Source: Adineta vaga (lineage: Eukaryota > Animalia > Rotifera). Taken from it: a stretch of 64,000 nucleotides of DNA. The stretch spans positions 3,906,001 through 3,970,000 of the forward strand of contig CP075495.1 of the NCBI GenBank assembly GCA_021613535.1. The letters are read 5' to 3'. The translations under genes and the position numbers were made by a program. The notes below the pieces were generated by a model. The model saw nothing but the letters and a program-made list of their open reading frames with translations, was not told the origin of the DNA and made no database searches. This document shows positions 28,009 to 43,935 of the stretch, one piece after another; within the stretch, counting starts at the first letter, position 1; every line of letters begins with the position of its first letter.

Positions 28009-28164
28009 ACTTCTGTTGTTTTTTTTTCTCTCGTTTGTTTTGGTTGTTAATGTCTTCGCTCTGTACAGACACATACACATTTAAAAACACGACAATAACA
28101 GAAGTGAACGAAAAAAGGAAACATTTCAAAGTCGAAAAAAAAGGAGAAGAAAACAGACTATTTT

Positions 28165-29740
28165 CTAACGATAATGTTGTTGCTGTTGTTGCCAAACAGC
28201 AGCTGCTTCTTCATGTGTACCGCCCCAGTACGATTGTTGTGCATTTGAAAAAGGTCCTTTAGGTGAGCCTGCTGTTGTTGCACCATATTGTTGAAAAAAT
28301 GTATGCATCATATCTGTATTTGGTGTTTGACCATATTGTTGATGATAATGTGGATGAGTTGGTGTTGCACCATAAGCTGTTAATGTACGTAAACTACTAT
28401 GATCAGGTTTTGCACGTTTAAATGTTGATGAAGGATAATCACCGATAGCTGATGGTTTATTTTTTGGTTCAGCTGGTCCAACTGTAACACTACAACCTAC
28501 ATAAACAAAAAACAAATATATGTTTGAAAGAAAAATGTAACTCTATGGAAATCTTTTTTTTTTTACCAAGAATGATATGTGTACCAAATAATGTTCGTAC
28601 TACATTTGAATCATGAAATGTAACAAAAGCAAATGAACGTGCTGGTTTAGGAATATACACATCTTTGATTGCACCATATTTAGAAAAATATTGTCGTAAA
28701 TCATCGGGTGTAATATTATCAGGTAAACGAGCAACGAATATTTTTCGAGCACATTCTGGTTCATGTGCACTTGTCTAAACGAAATCAAACATGATAAAAT
28801 AAGTTTCTAATAATTAATTTTTAGTTTATTTACTTTGGAATCAGGAATTTTAACATCAACATGTCTTCCATCAATAAAATGTCGTTTGTTAATAACAGCT
28901 AATTGAGATTCGAAATTTTTAAATCGAATAAAACCAAATCCACGTGATTGTCCACTTGCATCACGTTTAATCTACGAGAAGAAGAAATATTTTCATTCAA
29001 ATAGTACAATTCGCATTTGCTTTTTTTACCTCACAAAAAACTAATTCACCAAATGCTTCAAAACATTTTTTAACATCTGCTTCTATACTTCGATAACTTA
29101 TACCAAGTACAATTAAATCTACACAACGACGATCTGGCTCATTTTCACCATCAGCATTCATTTCTTGACCATATTCCATATTTAGATTTTTGATTTGTCC
29201 AATTGTTGGTATTGCTAATTCTTCTTGCTGCTCACCAACACCTTTCCGTTTAATATCTGATGAAATTGCTACAAAACATACCAATCATTAATTTTTATCA
29301 TATTGAAGAATATATTTATATCTTACGTTTGGAATACACAGTGACATATATAGTATCAGCATCCCATGCACCATCGGGATGATAGAGTTTGCCATCAGCT
29401 ACTCGAACACTGAGAGAAAAGAAAGTTTTTTTTTTCAAAACAAAATTAGTAATCAATTAACTATACGATGGAAGGGAATAGATTATAACCACCGCACATT
29501 ACACTCAACACACGTATGTATATCGTATGAATATAACAAAGAACAAACAAACAAACAAACAAACACGTTCACTCACCCTCTCCACACACTCGTCTCAGAA
29601 TTGCGATATTTCAATGCACTCACACCTTGAAATTGAGCAGCGAGTGTACTCAATGATACTGAACCATCAATACCACCATCGACTGGAATTTCCACAATAT
29701 CATTATTGCCTTTGGATTCATCGGCGACTCGTATGAACAT
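28165..29740 (-). CDS. TARDBP: TAR DNA-binding protein 43 (NTD + 2 RRM + short low-complexity tail)
   Basis: MFIRVADE...EIPVDGG...[18 protein letters not shown]...WRG|[15 protein letters not shown]; DLIVLG...SRGFGFIRF...RHFIDGR; [16 protein letters not shown]. Confidence 0.93.
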
Positions 29741-30834
29741 GATTTATTTTCTTTTAACAAGAAGTTGAAAAAATAAGAAAATAGAAAAGAAATGTTTTAG
29801 AGAATTGTATCAAGACGATCGAATTTGATCGTTCTGGCCTCGTGTTTATATATATTAATGATATAATAAACAAACAAGCACAACTGTTAGACGATGCAAT
29901 CAAAGAAAGAAAGAAAATATGTATTCTTCCTTTCCTTCATTCATTCATTCATTCATTCCGATATATGAGAAAAGCCATCAGGATAATATTTAATCAATAC
30001 AGATCTCAATCAACAGAGGTCACCAGTAACCGTAAACAATATCGATTTTAATATATGTGATTTGATATTTTATCTTTCATGGAATATTTTCCTAACAATA
30101 ATAACAGATAAAGATATTATCTACAAATATTTCATTAGAAATACTACATTCTTATTTTGAGACTATAAATTATGTGGATATCCACTATCTCAAGTTTTGC
30201 TCTTATATGTCATGTACGTAGATGTTGTTTTGGAAGCGATATACTAGAGCATATATTCATTTTTTGTCAATGACTACATGATACTTGAAAATATGAACTA
30301 TTGATAGTATATTTTAAAATTTGCCATGGCAGCAATAATTCTATTGGTTCGAGTGCAACCTGAATGCAAATAGGTACTGTATATAGTCACATTGTATTCT
30401 ACGTTATTGAGTGTCTGACACATGTCGAAGTTGCATCATCAAACCCTACTGTCCCAACATTGTTGTTATTGCAGTATGCATTCTTTTGTCAACAGAAGAC
30501 TGATGTGTGCGTCTGTGCATGTAAAGCGTCGCGAAGAAATGAAACGAATCGACCGATGTTGGATTTTTCTTTTCTTTGTTTATTGATCGAATATAAAGAA
30601 TCAACTTCATTTCATCACCAAAAATATTTATATCAAGTCGCGTTTGTTTCAACAACTATTCTTGCCGAAAAAGGTAAGCATGAAGTAAAAGAAAGTATGA
30701 ACTGAAGAGGGTTTCGAAAATATCTAATGAAAAAGTGTGGAAGCGTGCGCAAAGGAAATGTTTAGTAGGGAATGAGGTGATTTCATCAGATCTGAATACA
30801 TAAAAGACATTTCTTTTATATTACATCCTCAGAA

Positions 30835-31672
30835 ATGGCAAAAACAAATCAATGTTCGACCTGTCAAAAGTCAACGGGAGTGATGCACTGTATTGGTTGT
30901 GATGGTTATTTTTGTAATAAAGATTTTAAAAGCCATCGTCAAATATTATTCAATCAAATGGATGAACTCGTTGAAAAGCGTAATAATCTTCAAGAGAAAA
31001 TCAATAAAACAACGATGTGACGATTTTTGATGGAAGAGATGTATGCGCTGATGGAACTACGCCTTTATTTATTTCTTCCTCGTAAATCGCATCGTTCTGG
31101 TACAAGACACGCGTTTATATACTCGTCCCTACAGAAGAAAACGCAAGAAAATATTCTATCAAAGTACATCAGAATGTACAGAAATAAGGATAATCCATTA
31201 GATGAGAAAAACCGTATCACGCGCACAGCGCATGTCGGAGAGATTGTCACAAACGAAACAAAATGATACTAGCAATTCACTTATCGAAGAGACTGATACT
31301 TGAGAGAAGCTCACAATTGAAAAAGTACAGAAAGTTGCTCGAAATGTGCGTCAACAAGCTATGCAACTACTAAATTCAAAATGTACAAAAATGACCAAAG
31401 AATTCAAAGACTTTTCGAATGAATTAGCTGATCTGAAAGAAACTGAAAACTATGTAGAAAATGATTTGGAACGACTTGCTCAGATGATTGATGATTTTAG
31501 TGCAGATTTGACTCAGCTCTCACGACCTCAGAAAATTCAACTCAATAAAGAAGAAAGCAATCGAATAAGATGGGAACTTCTTATCTACGTTCAAGAAAAA
31601 TCTGAAAATACTGAACGTCAACAAACACCACAAACAGATCGGAGTAAGTTTATGGCAGCATGTATGAAGTAG
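30835..31672 (+). pseudogene. B-box-like zinc finger + coiled-coil gene disrupted by a solo LTR and a premature TGA
   Basis: CSTC...CIGCDGYFCNKDFKSH...QEKINKTT. Removing 31016-31256 restores the frame (KQNDTSNSLIEETDT*EKLTIEKVQKVA). In-frame TGA at 31301-31303 where Trp is expected. Confidence 0.8.
31016..31251 (-). mobile_element. Solo LTR (236 bp) of an LTR retrotransposon
   Basis: Ends TGTGACGAT...ATTGTCACA (TG...CA, short inverted termini). Exact 5-bp TSD AACGA at 31011-31015 and 31252-31256. Minus-strand TATATAAA near 31114-31121 and AATAAA near 31065-31070. Confidence 0.85.
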
Positions 31673-32632
31673 AAATATCGTTCATATTTCTCTGATGCAT
31701 CAATCATAACACAAACTGCAATGTTTATGAGAGTATCATGCGCATGCTAGATGTCCTTTCGCCCCTAAGTATTTGCTATTGAGAGACTAGACAATTCTGT
31801 ATATTCTTGGTACAGACTATCTATGTTTTTTTAAATCTCTGTTTTCAAAAACAGATCTTGCAGAAGTGATAAGACAAGCTTACCAGTACTACATAAAATT
31901 AAGTAAACGGTAAATTGGCATCGCCCAAATAGCTAATATTACAACAGTTCTGTGATAGTAATGTTCTAACAATTTATTGTTTTTTGAGAGAGAAAATGTC
32001 GAAGTATATATTATATTCTAGTAGATTCTTGTAGAATAATGATTTTTCGCATCTAGAAACCGTACAACCAAAAATAGGCGTTCCACAACAGCAGCTTGAT
32101 TGTTGCTCGTATTCATTTTCTTCCTCACAATACCACCCTCAATCGTTACAAAATGTCTGATTCACAACCAAAAAAATTAATACACATAGCTTTATTGATC
32201 GAGCTTGTTCAAGATGTGCGATTTATTCGTTTTCCATGATGTTTTCAATTACTTATCTCATATTATCGCATTGATTTGAATTCGAGACCAATAACTGAAG
32301 AATGTTGTGGCAAACGTGCTCAACGCCGTTTATATATGATATGGTATGAAAAATGAAATTCCTGACAAAATTCTAAGTTGATGATAATTGAATAAAGAAA
32401 CGCTTCAATGAATTTCAATATTCACTTCATATGTAGTCTTTTGCAAATGTGATTTATGAAAGATTTAGGATGAGAATGAATGAAATAAATGCATATATCA
32501 ATTGGTACTCAAGTATTCGCTAACTTCATGTTTTTTCACTAGTAGACTGGTTTACAGAAATACACTCTCAAAAATATTTAAAACTGAACGAATCTCTTAT
32601 GCCCTTTTCTGAAGGAAAGCTTTATCGGCTCA

Positions 32633-34397
32633 TTAGAAATCGTTAGAGATTGTTTGTTCAAGACGATCAGATTTCTTCACGTCACAGCTTGACCCAGCAC
32701 GGTTATTTTGGGTGAGGTTCCGACCATCAAAGATCATTTGACATAATTTTTGATAATAGCAGATCACAGTGCGATCGCAGTTACGCCACAACTGCGACGC
32801 ATTCTCATCACAATAGAAAACATGGGAGGATTTTAGTATTAGCCAACAATAAAATTTTTGATTCAATCAGATTTCTCAAAGCCATAACTTGCGGGTGTAA
32901 GGTTATTTAAAGTACGAAGTTTTTTGCTACTGTACTAAGCAATTGATTCCTATACCGACAACTAAACGCGGATGATACGCCAAATTCTGAAATGGTTGGC
33001 TATCTTTCTCTCCTTTTCAGCTCCATTCGGCAATTCAGAAAAAATATTCGATTCGACGCTGAGAAATACAATTGAACAAAACTCTGTTGGAAAGTAATCG
33101 TTCGGCATCTCATCGTCTGTGTCTTTTTCACCATCCATTCTCCATTTTATTGTGCTGAATACAAGTGAACAGAACTCTGTTGGATAGTGTTCATTCGACC
33201 TGTCATCATCGCAGTCTCTTTCACTGTTCATTTACTCTTTTAGCGTGAGAAACAGAAGTGAACACCCGTGTGATGTGTAACATACAGTTGCGATAAAATC
33301 TTGTATTATTTGTATTATTGTTTATTCTTCATTTTGACATCAGCGGGAAAAGAGAACAATTCTGTTGTAAAGTGATTATTTGATATGCATTATTGTTTCA
33401 TCAGTGCTGGCTTCTATGTTGACTTCGATACGAACATGAGAAATGAACCGAAGTTTAATGTCGAATATTCGTTGGATGTGTAGCTGTTGTCGGATACTTC
33501 TATTTTGTAACGTTTCGTGGCTGAAAAACAAAATAATTGAACTTAGTTTTCATGAAAGGTATTCCTTTGCGATCGATTGTGTATGAATATTATAAATAGT
33601 CGAGTTTGAAGACTAAGGAATGACATAGGTGATATGTTCTATGGGTGTCAATGCAAATTAGTTGCATAAAACAGACATTTATGTCAGTGTATCGGTTTTT
33701 GGTTGGCACTGTTAATTAAAATATAAAAGTAATTGATAACAATGGTTCATTTTTGGATATTTTTGCAAATAAAGATTTTGGTCAACGAAAATAAATATGA
33801 CTGACGAATTTTCAACAGGCTTTCTATCGAATGTTTTCAGAGATAATCTCTGAGAGTGACAGGTACTCGAGCGACGCCATGAAAGTAGTAGTGATTTTTT
33901 ATCAATGATGAAGATGATGAGCGCATGGAAAGGTTATTCTTTGGTGGATCTATTTAAGTTCAGTTTTATCGGTGAGATCCCAGGCTGGTCCAAGTCTATC
34001 AGGAATAAACATACTCAGGTTCGTGGATATCTGTTTTATCAATCACACAGACTACTATCCTTCGAAGTTTTCTTTTTGAACAGTTTCGGATACCTTATTT
34101 CGAACCTAAATATCTTCAGTAAATAAGATTGGTTGAGATAGATGTGCTAGATTTCATCTCTAACGTAAAGTTCAAAGATAGACTATCTGTATAGGATCGA
34201 AAAGACTGAAAACTTCGAACTAGGTCTCTCTTCAGTTCATGGGCAAATAATGAAAAACATAGCGCATCAATCAAATCGCTTTGAAATTGGTAAAAGAAGT
34301 ATTTGAGAAAGTATCAACATCAAAGCAGAATTCGGTCATTATAATCAGTAATAAATCCAAATTGCTATGCAAGAGTACATATCATAATACACGTAGG
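32633..34397. pseudogene. Decayed coding-like relics (divergent pair), possibly transposon-derived
   Basis: Less AT-biased sequence with fragmented frames. Internal peptide duplication (EHYPTEFCSLVFS / DYFPTEFCSIVFL) on the minus strand and a similar MTDEFSTGFLSNVF start on the plus strand. Confidence 0.3.
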
Positions 34398-35680
34398 TCA
34401 TTTCTTCATCGTCATTTTCCGGTTTTCTTGATCAATTAAAGAAAATTTCACTGATTTTTGTGCTAATTTAGTTAATTGTTCATGTCTTTCCATATGAAAT
34501 TCCAAACTTTCCATGAGCATATAATATCCTTTTAATATTTGTTCAATTTCTTGGTTTTTCGTTTCTATGGAAACATCTTTGTTACTAACACAATACTCTT
34601 CAGTTAATTTTATCAAGTTAGTCTTAATTCGTTCCTCAATACTATTTTCCTTTTCCAATTGATTGTCTTTCTTTGAATCATAATCAAGTGTATGTTGAAA
34701 GCTATCCACTATACAATCAGATAAATAACAAATCTTCAATGGAAACAAAGGAAGAGCAACATCCTCTTACCAAGTACAGCCATGAGCAGATTAAGTAGAA
34801 TAAAATTAATAATAAAAATATAAATCAAACAAAAAATCAGTTGAAAATTGGAATAAGCATGTTCTGCACATACTTGATAGATTGAATACCAATCATCCAG
34901 GGTTAATAAAGTAAAAAGTGAAAAAAAGGTTTTGACTAGGTTATCAAACTTTTGTGGACAAATATCACCAAATAAACTACGTGCAAGTATAGCCGATATA
35001 CATGTTATAATAATCATAATAAATGTAATACTAGCCATAGGAGGTAATGCTTTCGAACATGTTTTAACAATTGTATGAATCGATTGAATAAAACGAATAG
35101 TACGAAGAACACGAAGTGCTCGAAAACTTCGAAGAACACGTAAAACACGAAGAATTTTCAAAAAATGATTTATTCGCTCAAATTGTGTTCTATAGAAAAA
35201 AAGAGATTCTTTTTTTTCGTCAAAGCAAAATATCAATCAAACGAACTGTTTCTGTTGATTATAATCAATTTGTAGAGATGAATGTGTATTATCATGCATT
35301 ACTTGTTGTGTAATTAAATCAATGATACTAACGACAACAATAAATAGATCAAAACAATTCCATAAAGTTTTAAAGAATCTCCATGAATATACCTAAAGAA
35401 TAAAAAGATCATACTCACGCTATTCTTTGACCAAAAGATCTACCCAGATTTTTAAACAACATTCAATAATATAAATACATAAATAAATTCTTTCAGTTAG
35501 AAGAAAGAATGAATGATATTTTTGATAATAAAAATCGTATGTTTCAAATATCATTACAATTGTATTGGATAGAACAACTGCTAGCATAAATAATGTAAAA
35601 TATTTCGATTCAACAACATCCGGTAATGTACAACTAAATGAAGTAATCCGATCAAGATATCGATACATTCGTGCCGCCAT
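34398..35680 (-). CDS. CATSPER1: Cation channel sperm-associated subunit, CatSper1-like (single 6TM repeat), four exons
   Basis: S4 LKILRVLRVLRSFRALRVLRTIR; pore FSLFTLLTLDDWYSIY (TLDDW is the CatSper1 signature); S6 LLNLLMAVL|VDSFQ; C-terminal coiled coil YYMLMESLEFH. Confidence 0.8.
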
Positions 35681-35764
35681 TTGTTTTTGTTCTAATGAAA
35701 TTTTTCTTTCTATTTTATTTATTCAACAAAACAATGACAAAACAGAAAACAATGAAAAAAGAAG

Positions 35765-36220
35765 TCAAAATGGTTTAAATTTTCGTTGTTGTCTCATTTG
35801 TGTAATACGTTGTTTATCTAATTCAAATTTCATTTTCAATTGTTCCAATTGATCAACTTTCTTATCTGTCATTTGAAATTTATAAAAATTCACTAATTCT
35901 TTCTTTGCATTGGAACGTTTATGTTTTGCTCGTAAACGATTCAATGTTTTGTCAGTGGATGGAACCATTCGTTGACGAGTTTTATTCAATGAACGTGACA
36001 CAACTGTCCATCCGCCATCATCATCATTATCATCATTTGATTGATTGTTATCTTGAGATTGATCGGATGATTTAATTTTATTAAGAGTAAGAAAATCTCG
36101 AGATGTTCGTTCGAGTTGATCAATATCGAGAGAAAATCGATCACGATATTCTTTGATCCATTTTGGAATACCGTTTAAACTCACAGGAGGAGATTTCTTT
36201 TTCTTTTCTGAAATTTTCAT
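35765..36220 (-). CDS. RRP7A: RRP7 C-terminal-domain protein (ribosomal RNA processing 7-like)
   Basis: DDGGWTVVSR...KKELVNFYKFQMTDKK...LKMKFELDKQRITQMRQQRKFKPF. Confidence 0.85.
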   Translation of the reverse strand: MKISEKKKKSPPVSLNGIPKWIKEYRDRFSLDIDQLERTSRDFLTLNKIKSSDQSQDNNQSNDDNDDDGGWTVVSRSLNKTRQRMVPSTDKTLNRLRAKHKRSNAKKELVNFYKFQMTDKKVDQLEQLKMKFELDKQRITQMRQQRKFKPF

Positions 36221-36289
36221 TTAATCTATAAGAAAAAACGAAATTATGAAGCGATTTTATTGGATATTATGAAAAAAAAGAGTAATCAA

Positions 36290-36921
36290 TCAATGAACAT
36301 TATAAAGTTTTATGATTTGTTGTTGATTAAAAGTATTACGACAGACAGGACATTGAGTAATTTGATTACCACATGGGAGACAAACAGCAGAATGACCACA
36401 GGTGGTTATCACGGAATCGATCGCTCTTTCCATACAAATAACACATTCACTTTTATCGTTATTACTGGCTTCAGCGGATGGTCGTGCAGTACCACAAGAT
36501 CGACATACAGTACGAGAACCGAAATTCATCTCGGGACACGACGAACATTTCCAATCACCTGGTTTCTGCATTGTTATTGCTGTAGCATTCGCATTCGCAT
36601 TCGGTGCACTTTGCTTTTGCCGACCGCATTTATTGCAAGCAATACGAGCGGCAAAATTGATATTATTACAAAAATGACATGTCCAATCACCTTGTTTTGG
36701 TACTATTTGAGGCGTAACACCAGTAGGAGGTGAATTATTCGCTGTTGGTTGAACACGTGGAGTTGCACAACGACGGCAAGCAGTACGTGATTTAAAATTA
36801 ACTTCATTACATTTTGAACAAGGCCAGTCACCTGGTTCGCGACGGCTAAAAAAATTCAAAAATGAATTATAAATCAAAACCCCATTCAACTAAATTTGAC
36901 TTACAAACCACTAGTAGACAT
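36290..36921 (-). CDS. Protein with three RanBP2-type zinc fingers and a C-terminal C3HC4 RING (IAP/MEX3-type)
   Basis: Three GDW-x-C-x2-C-x3-NF-x2-R-x2-C-x2-C repeats; ECVICMERAIDSVITTCGHSAVCLPC...CPVCR; short first exon MSTSGF. Confidence 0.9.
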
Positions 36922-37386
36922 ATCAGAAGAAGAGTATTTTCTTCATGAGAGCTACGTATTAATCTACTCGATATTCTTGCACAATGTGCATGAAATAGAC
37001 GCAAATTTGATGAGTCATTGAAAACCAGTGCATGACGTCAGACCAACAAATGTTTTGAAGAAAACAAGATGAAGAGAACAGAGAATTCTCTGTTTGCATA
37101 AAATGAGAAGCAACAACTGATAGGGCTGCTCTGTATTTTTGAAATCTTACCTAAAGTGAATTCGTCGATTCTGAAAATAACAACAAAACTTCCATTTAAT
37201 CAAGGAATATCTAAAAAAATCAACTATTTCTATAATAACATATCTATATGTGTATAAAAAAACTAAGAAATCCATTTTTCTTTATTCTAAATTTTCCTAT
37301 CTGACATAGAATTATCATTGATTACGTTACAATTTATCGACTGAGAAAAATAAAATTTCATTTTGTTTCAAATATAAACATATGAC

Positions 37387-41296
<3,910 letters not shown>

Positions 41297-41529
41297 TTTC
41301 TTAAATTAAGATTTGTCGTCTTCTTTTTTTCATTTATTCATTCTAAAAATCGATTTTTAGAATTTTGTTCGTTAGCAATCGAAACCAATCATCAAATAAG
41401 ATAACATATTTTTTGTAGATGTCGCTTCTATGTTTATTTGATTCATTCCTTTTTTTTCTCCTATCACATTTTGTTTATTTATTTGATTTCATTTGTAGTT
41501 TTGTTGTATTTGATGATTAGACATAATTC

Positions 41530-43532
41530 ATGGCTTCATCATCTCCATCATTATGTCAACATTCTCAATGTGATGCATTTCAATTTACTATTTGTCGACA
41601 TTGTCAATTATTTCTTTGTATAAAGCATTTAGCTGAACATCAACAGCAATTTCCAAGTGATTTTCAACGATTATTAGATGATGCCCGACGACAACAAGCA
41701 CAATTATCTACATATGATACACGAATAATTGAACAGCAACAACAGCAGCAGCAACACCAACGTGGGAAAAACAATCAGATCTACGATAATGATATGACAC
41801 ATTATAGACAAGCAAATACTTATACTCAACCGAAAATATCACCTGATGATATACGTACATGTTTCAATCGATCAAATGTATTTGCACCAACTGTAGATAA
41901 ATTTGGACAATTTATTAATGAACAAGATACAACAGTCGATATGAATAATTCACCATTTGATGAAGAAAGTCTATTTGCAGCATTTGGAGGTCAGTTGTCA
42001 TTGAGGAAAACAAATGCGTAGTTTCAGTCGATATTTTTACTTTGTTTAGATCAATCTTCACTTCTATTATCATCGTCTGATTATAGTAAATAGATGAATA
42101 ATGAACTGTATTGAAATATTGTTGTTTTGTTTTCCAATTTAGATTCTCCAGATATAAATAGTAGAGTATCTCGATTTACATTGTCGAATATCAAACCAGA
42201 ACAAAGTAATTATATTTTTCTGTTCATAATTAATCAGACATTGATACATATACTTATGAAATAGAAAAGATATGATTGTCAAGTAATTTCATTTTGTGTA
42301 TATTTAGATTTTTCTTCTTCCTATTTAAACCAAAATACTACGTCTTCTACTAGTAAGTCAATTGATATCATCATTGATTGTTTGTTTTTTTCAAATTTAA
42401 TTTTGTTTTAGTTATGAAAGTTGTTGGTGGTGGTGATGATGATGATGAGCTTCCTGAAACGTAAATATCTATTCTTTTCAGATCGTGTCCTAATTTTCTT
42501 TTTCTTCTAGTGATGTCAATCAGATTCACAATTCTTTAACTGTAACAGTCAAATCTTTCTTCTCAAAACATAAATCTTCTATTCCTTTCTTTCTTTCTTT
42601 CTTTTTGTAGGTTCGAGAATTGAAAACATACAAATGTGATTATTGTCCATTATCAACGAATACTTATGGTATTGAATCACATCATCAAGTTCGTCATATA
42701 CCATGTATTCGTCGTTCAACATCTCAAATATCACTTTTTGAACATTTAAAACAATATCATTATTTAAACTATGCTGCATCCATGCAAATTGTTCGTTTAG
42801 TATCATCCGGTGATCTTGAAGATCATCCCAAATTATTTTCATCAGCCAGTCAATCATCGATTGTTTCAATTCTTCCATCATTTTTTCGTGCACCATGTCC
42901 ATTAACTCAACATCATGTGTTTGGTCTTGGACCCATGCATGGTATTCGTCTATGTTCACCATCGACTGAACAACAAGATTTTGCTTTATATGATCATTTT
43001 CTTGCATTTCATCAATTGAATCGTGCGAGCGCAATGAAATTAGTGAAAGCTATGATGAATAATGAAAATAGTAGTCAACGAATCTTATTTGGACCAGATG
43101 AACAAGTTTTAAATGAAACTGCTTATGTTGCATGTCCATTGAGTAATTATGATGCTATTCTACCTCATCAAGAACGTATACCGCATACACCATGTCAATC
43201 CACAGTTAAATTACGTTATTTAACAGGACATTTGAGAGATGTACATCATTTAAATAAAATGGCTGCTAAACGTATTGCATCGGCTCTACGGCATGAACAA
43301 GCAAATGCCAATGGACGATCGTATGGATTATTTGAAAGAGATGAAAATATTCTGAAAGCAAAAAAGAAAAAAGTAAGAAATTAAAGATATGTACATGGAA
43401 ATACGAAGAATTCATTCTTCTTTTTGTTTTTAGAATGCTACTCGTTATCGACCTCCAACTCAATTAGCAAATTCAGTTCAACCAACGAATAATAATCATC
43501 CTCAACAACTTCCTCCTCCAACAATTTGGTGA
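41530..43532 (+). CDS. B-box-like Zn finger + coiled coil + micro-exon linker + three CPL-initiated Cys2His2 helical repeats
   Basis: CQHSQC...CRHCQLFLCIKHLAEH; long exon 42611-43372 with three CPL...C...H-x4-H repeats. Confidence 0.7.
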
Positions 43533-43935
43533 TTAGAATAGAAAAAATACGTACCGATTCCTTTATTTGTACGAATAACTCTGTCGTTTTTGTCTCTTTT
43601 TTATGGCTCGATATATCAGTAAACTTGTCTTCTCTTGTTTTTCTTTTTTTTCTCCTTTGTTGTATATAACTTGCTCTTTTCTCTCTCTTTCTTCTCTGTT
43701 CGTTAAATTTCATTTTCTAATCGATTTCGTTCTTTTTTTCTTCTCATCTCTCCTGAATTTCTTTTTCTGGTGAGTACATGCATGAGTGTGCGTGTGTGTG
43801 TGTTTATAATTGTCATTGTTCAATATAGACTATCAAGGACATAATATAAATAAGAAGAATTTTCTTAATAGACAATTACACGAATCATTTTCGTTGGTTT
43901 GTTTTTAGATTGAAAATCTTCTATTTCTTCATCTT

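Noticed and set aside
31301-31303. In-frame TGA as selenocysteine, readthrough or an alternative genetic code
   Set aside because: The same gene is already broken by an LTR, the expected residue is Trp, and other genes here use TGG for Trp and TGA as stop.
36260-36733. Long antisense ORFs (also 42579-43034, 18888-19259, 6799-7056 and others)
   Set aside because: They are shadow frames of real genes with no recognisable motifs.
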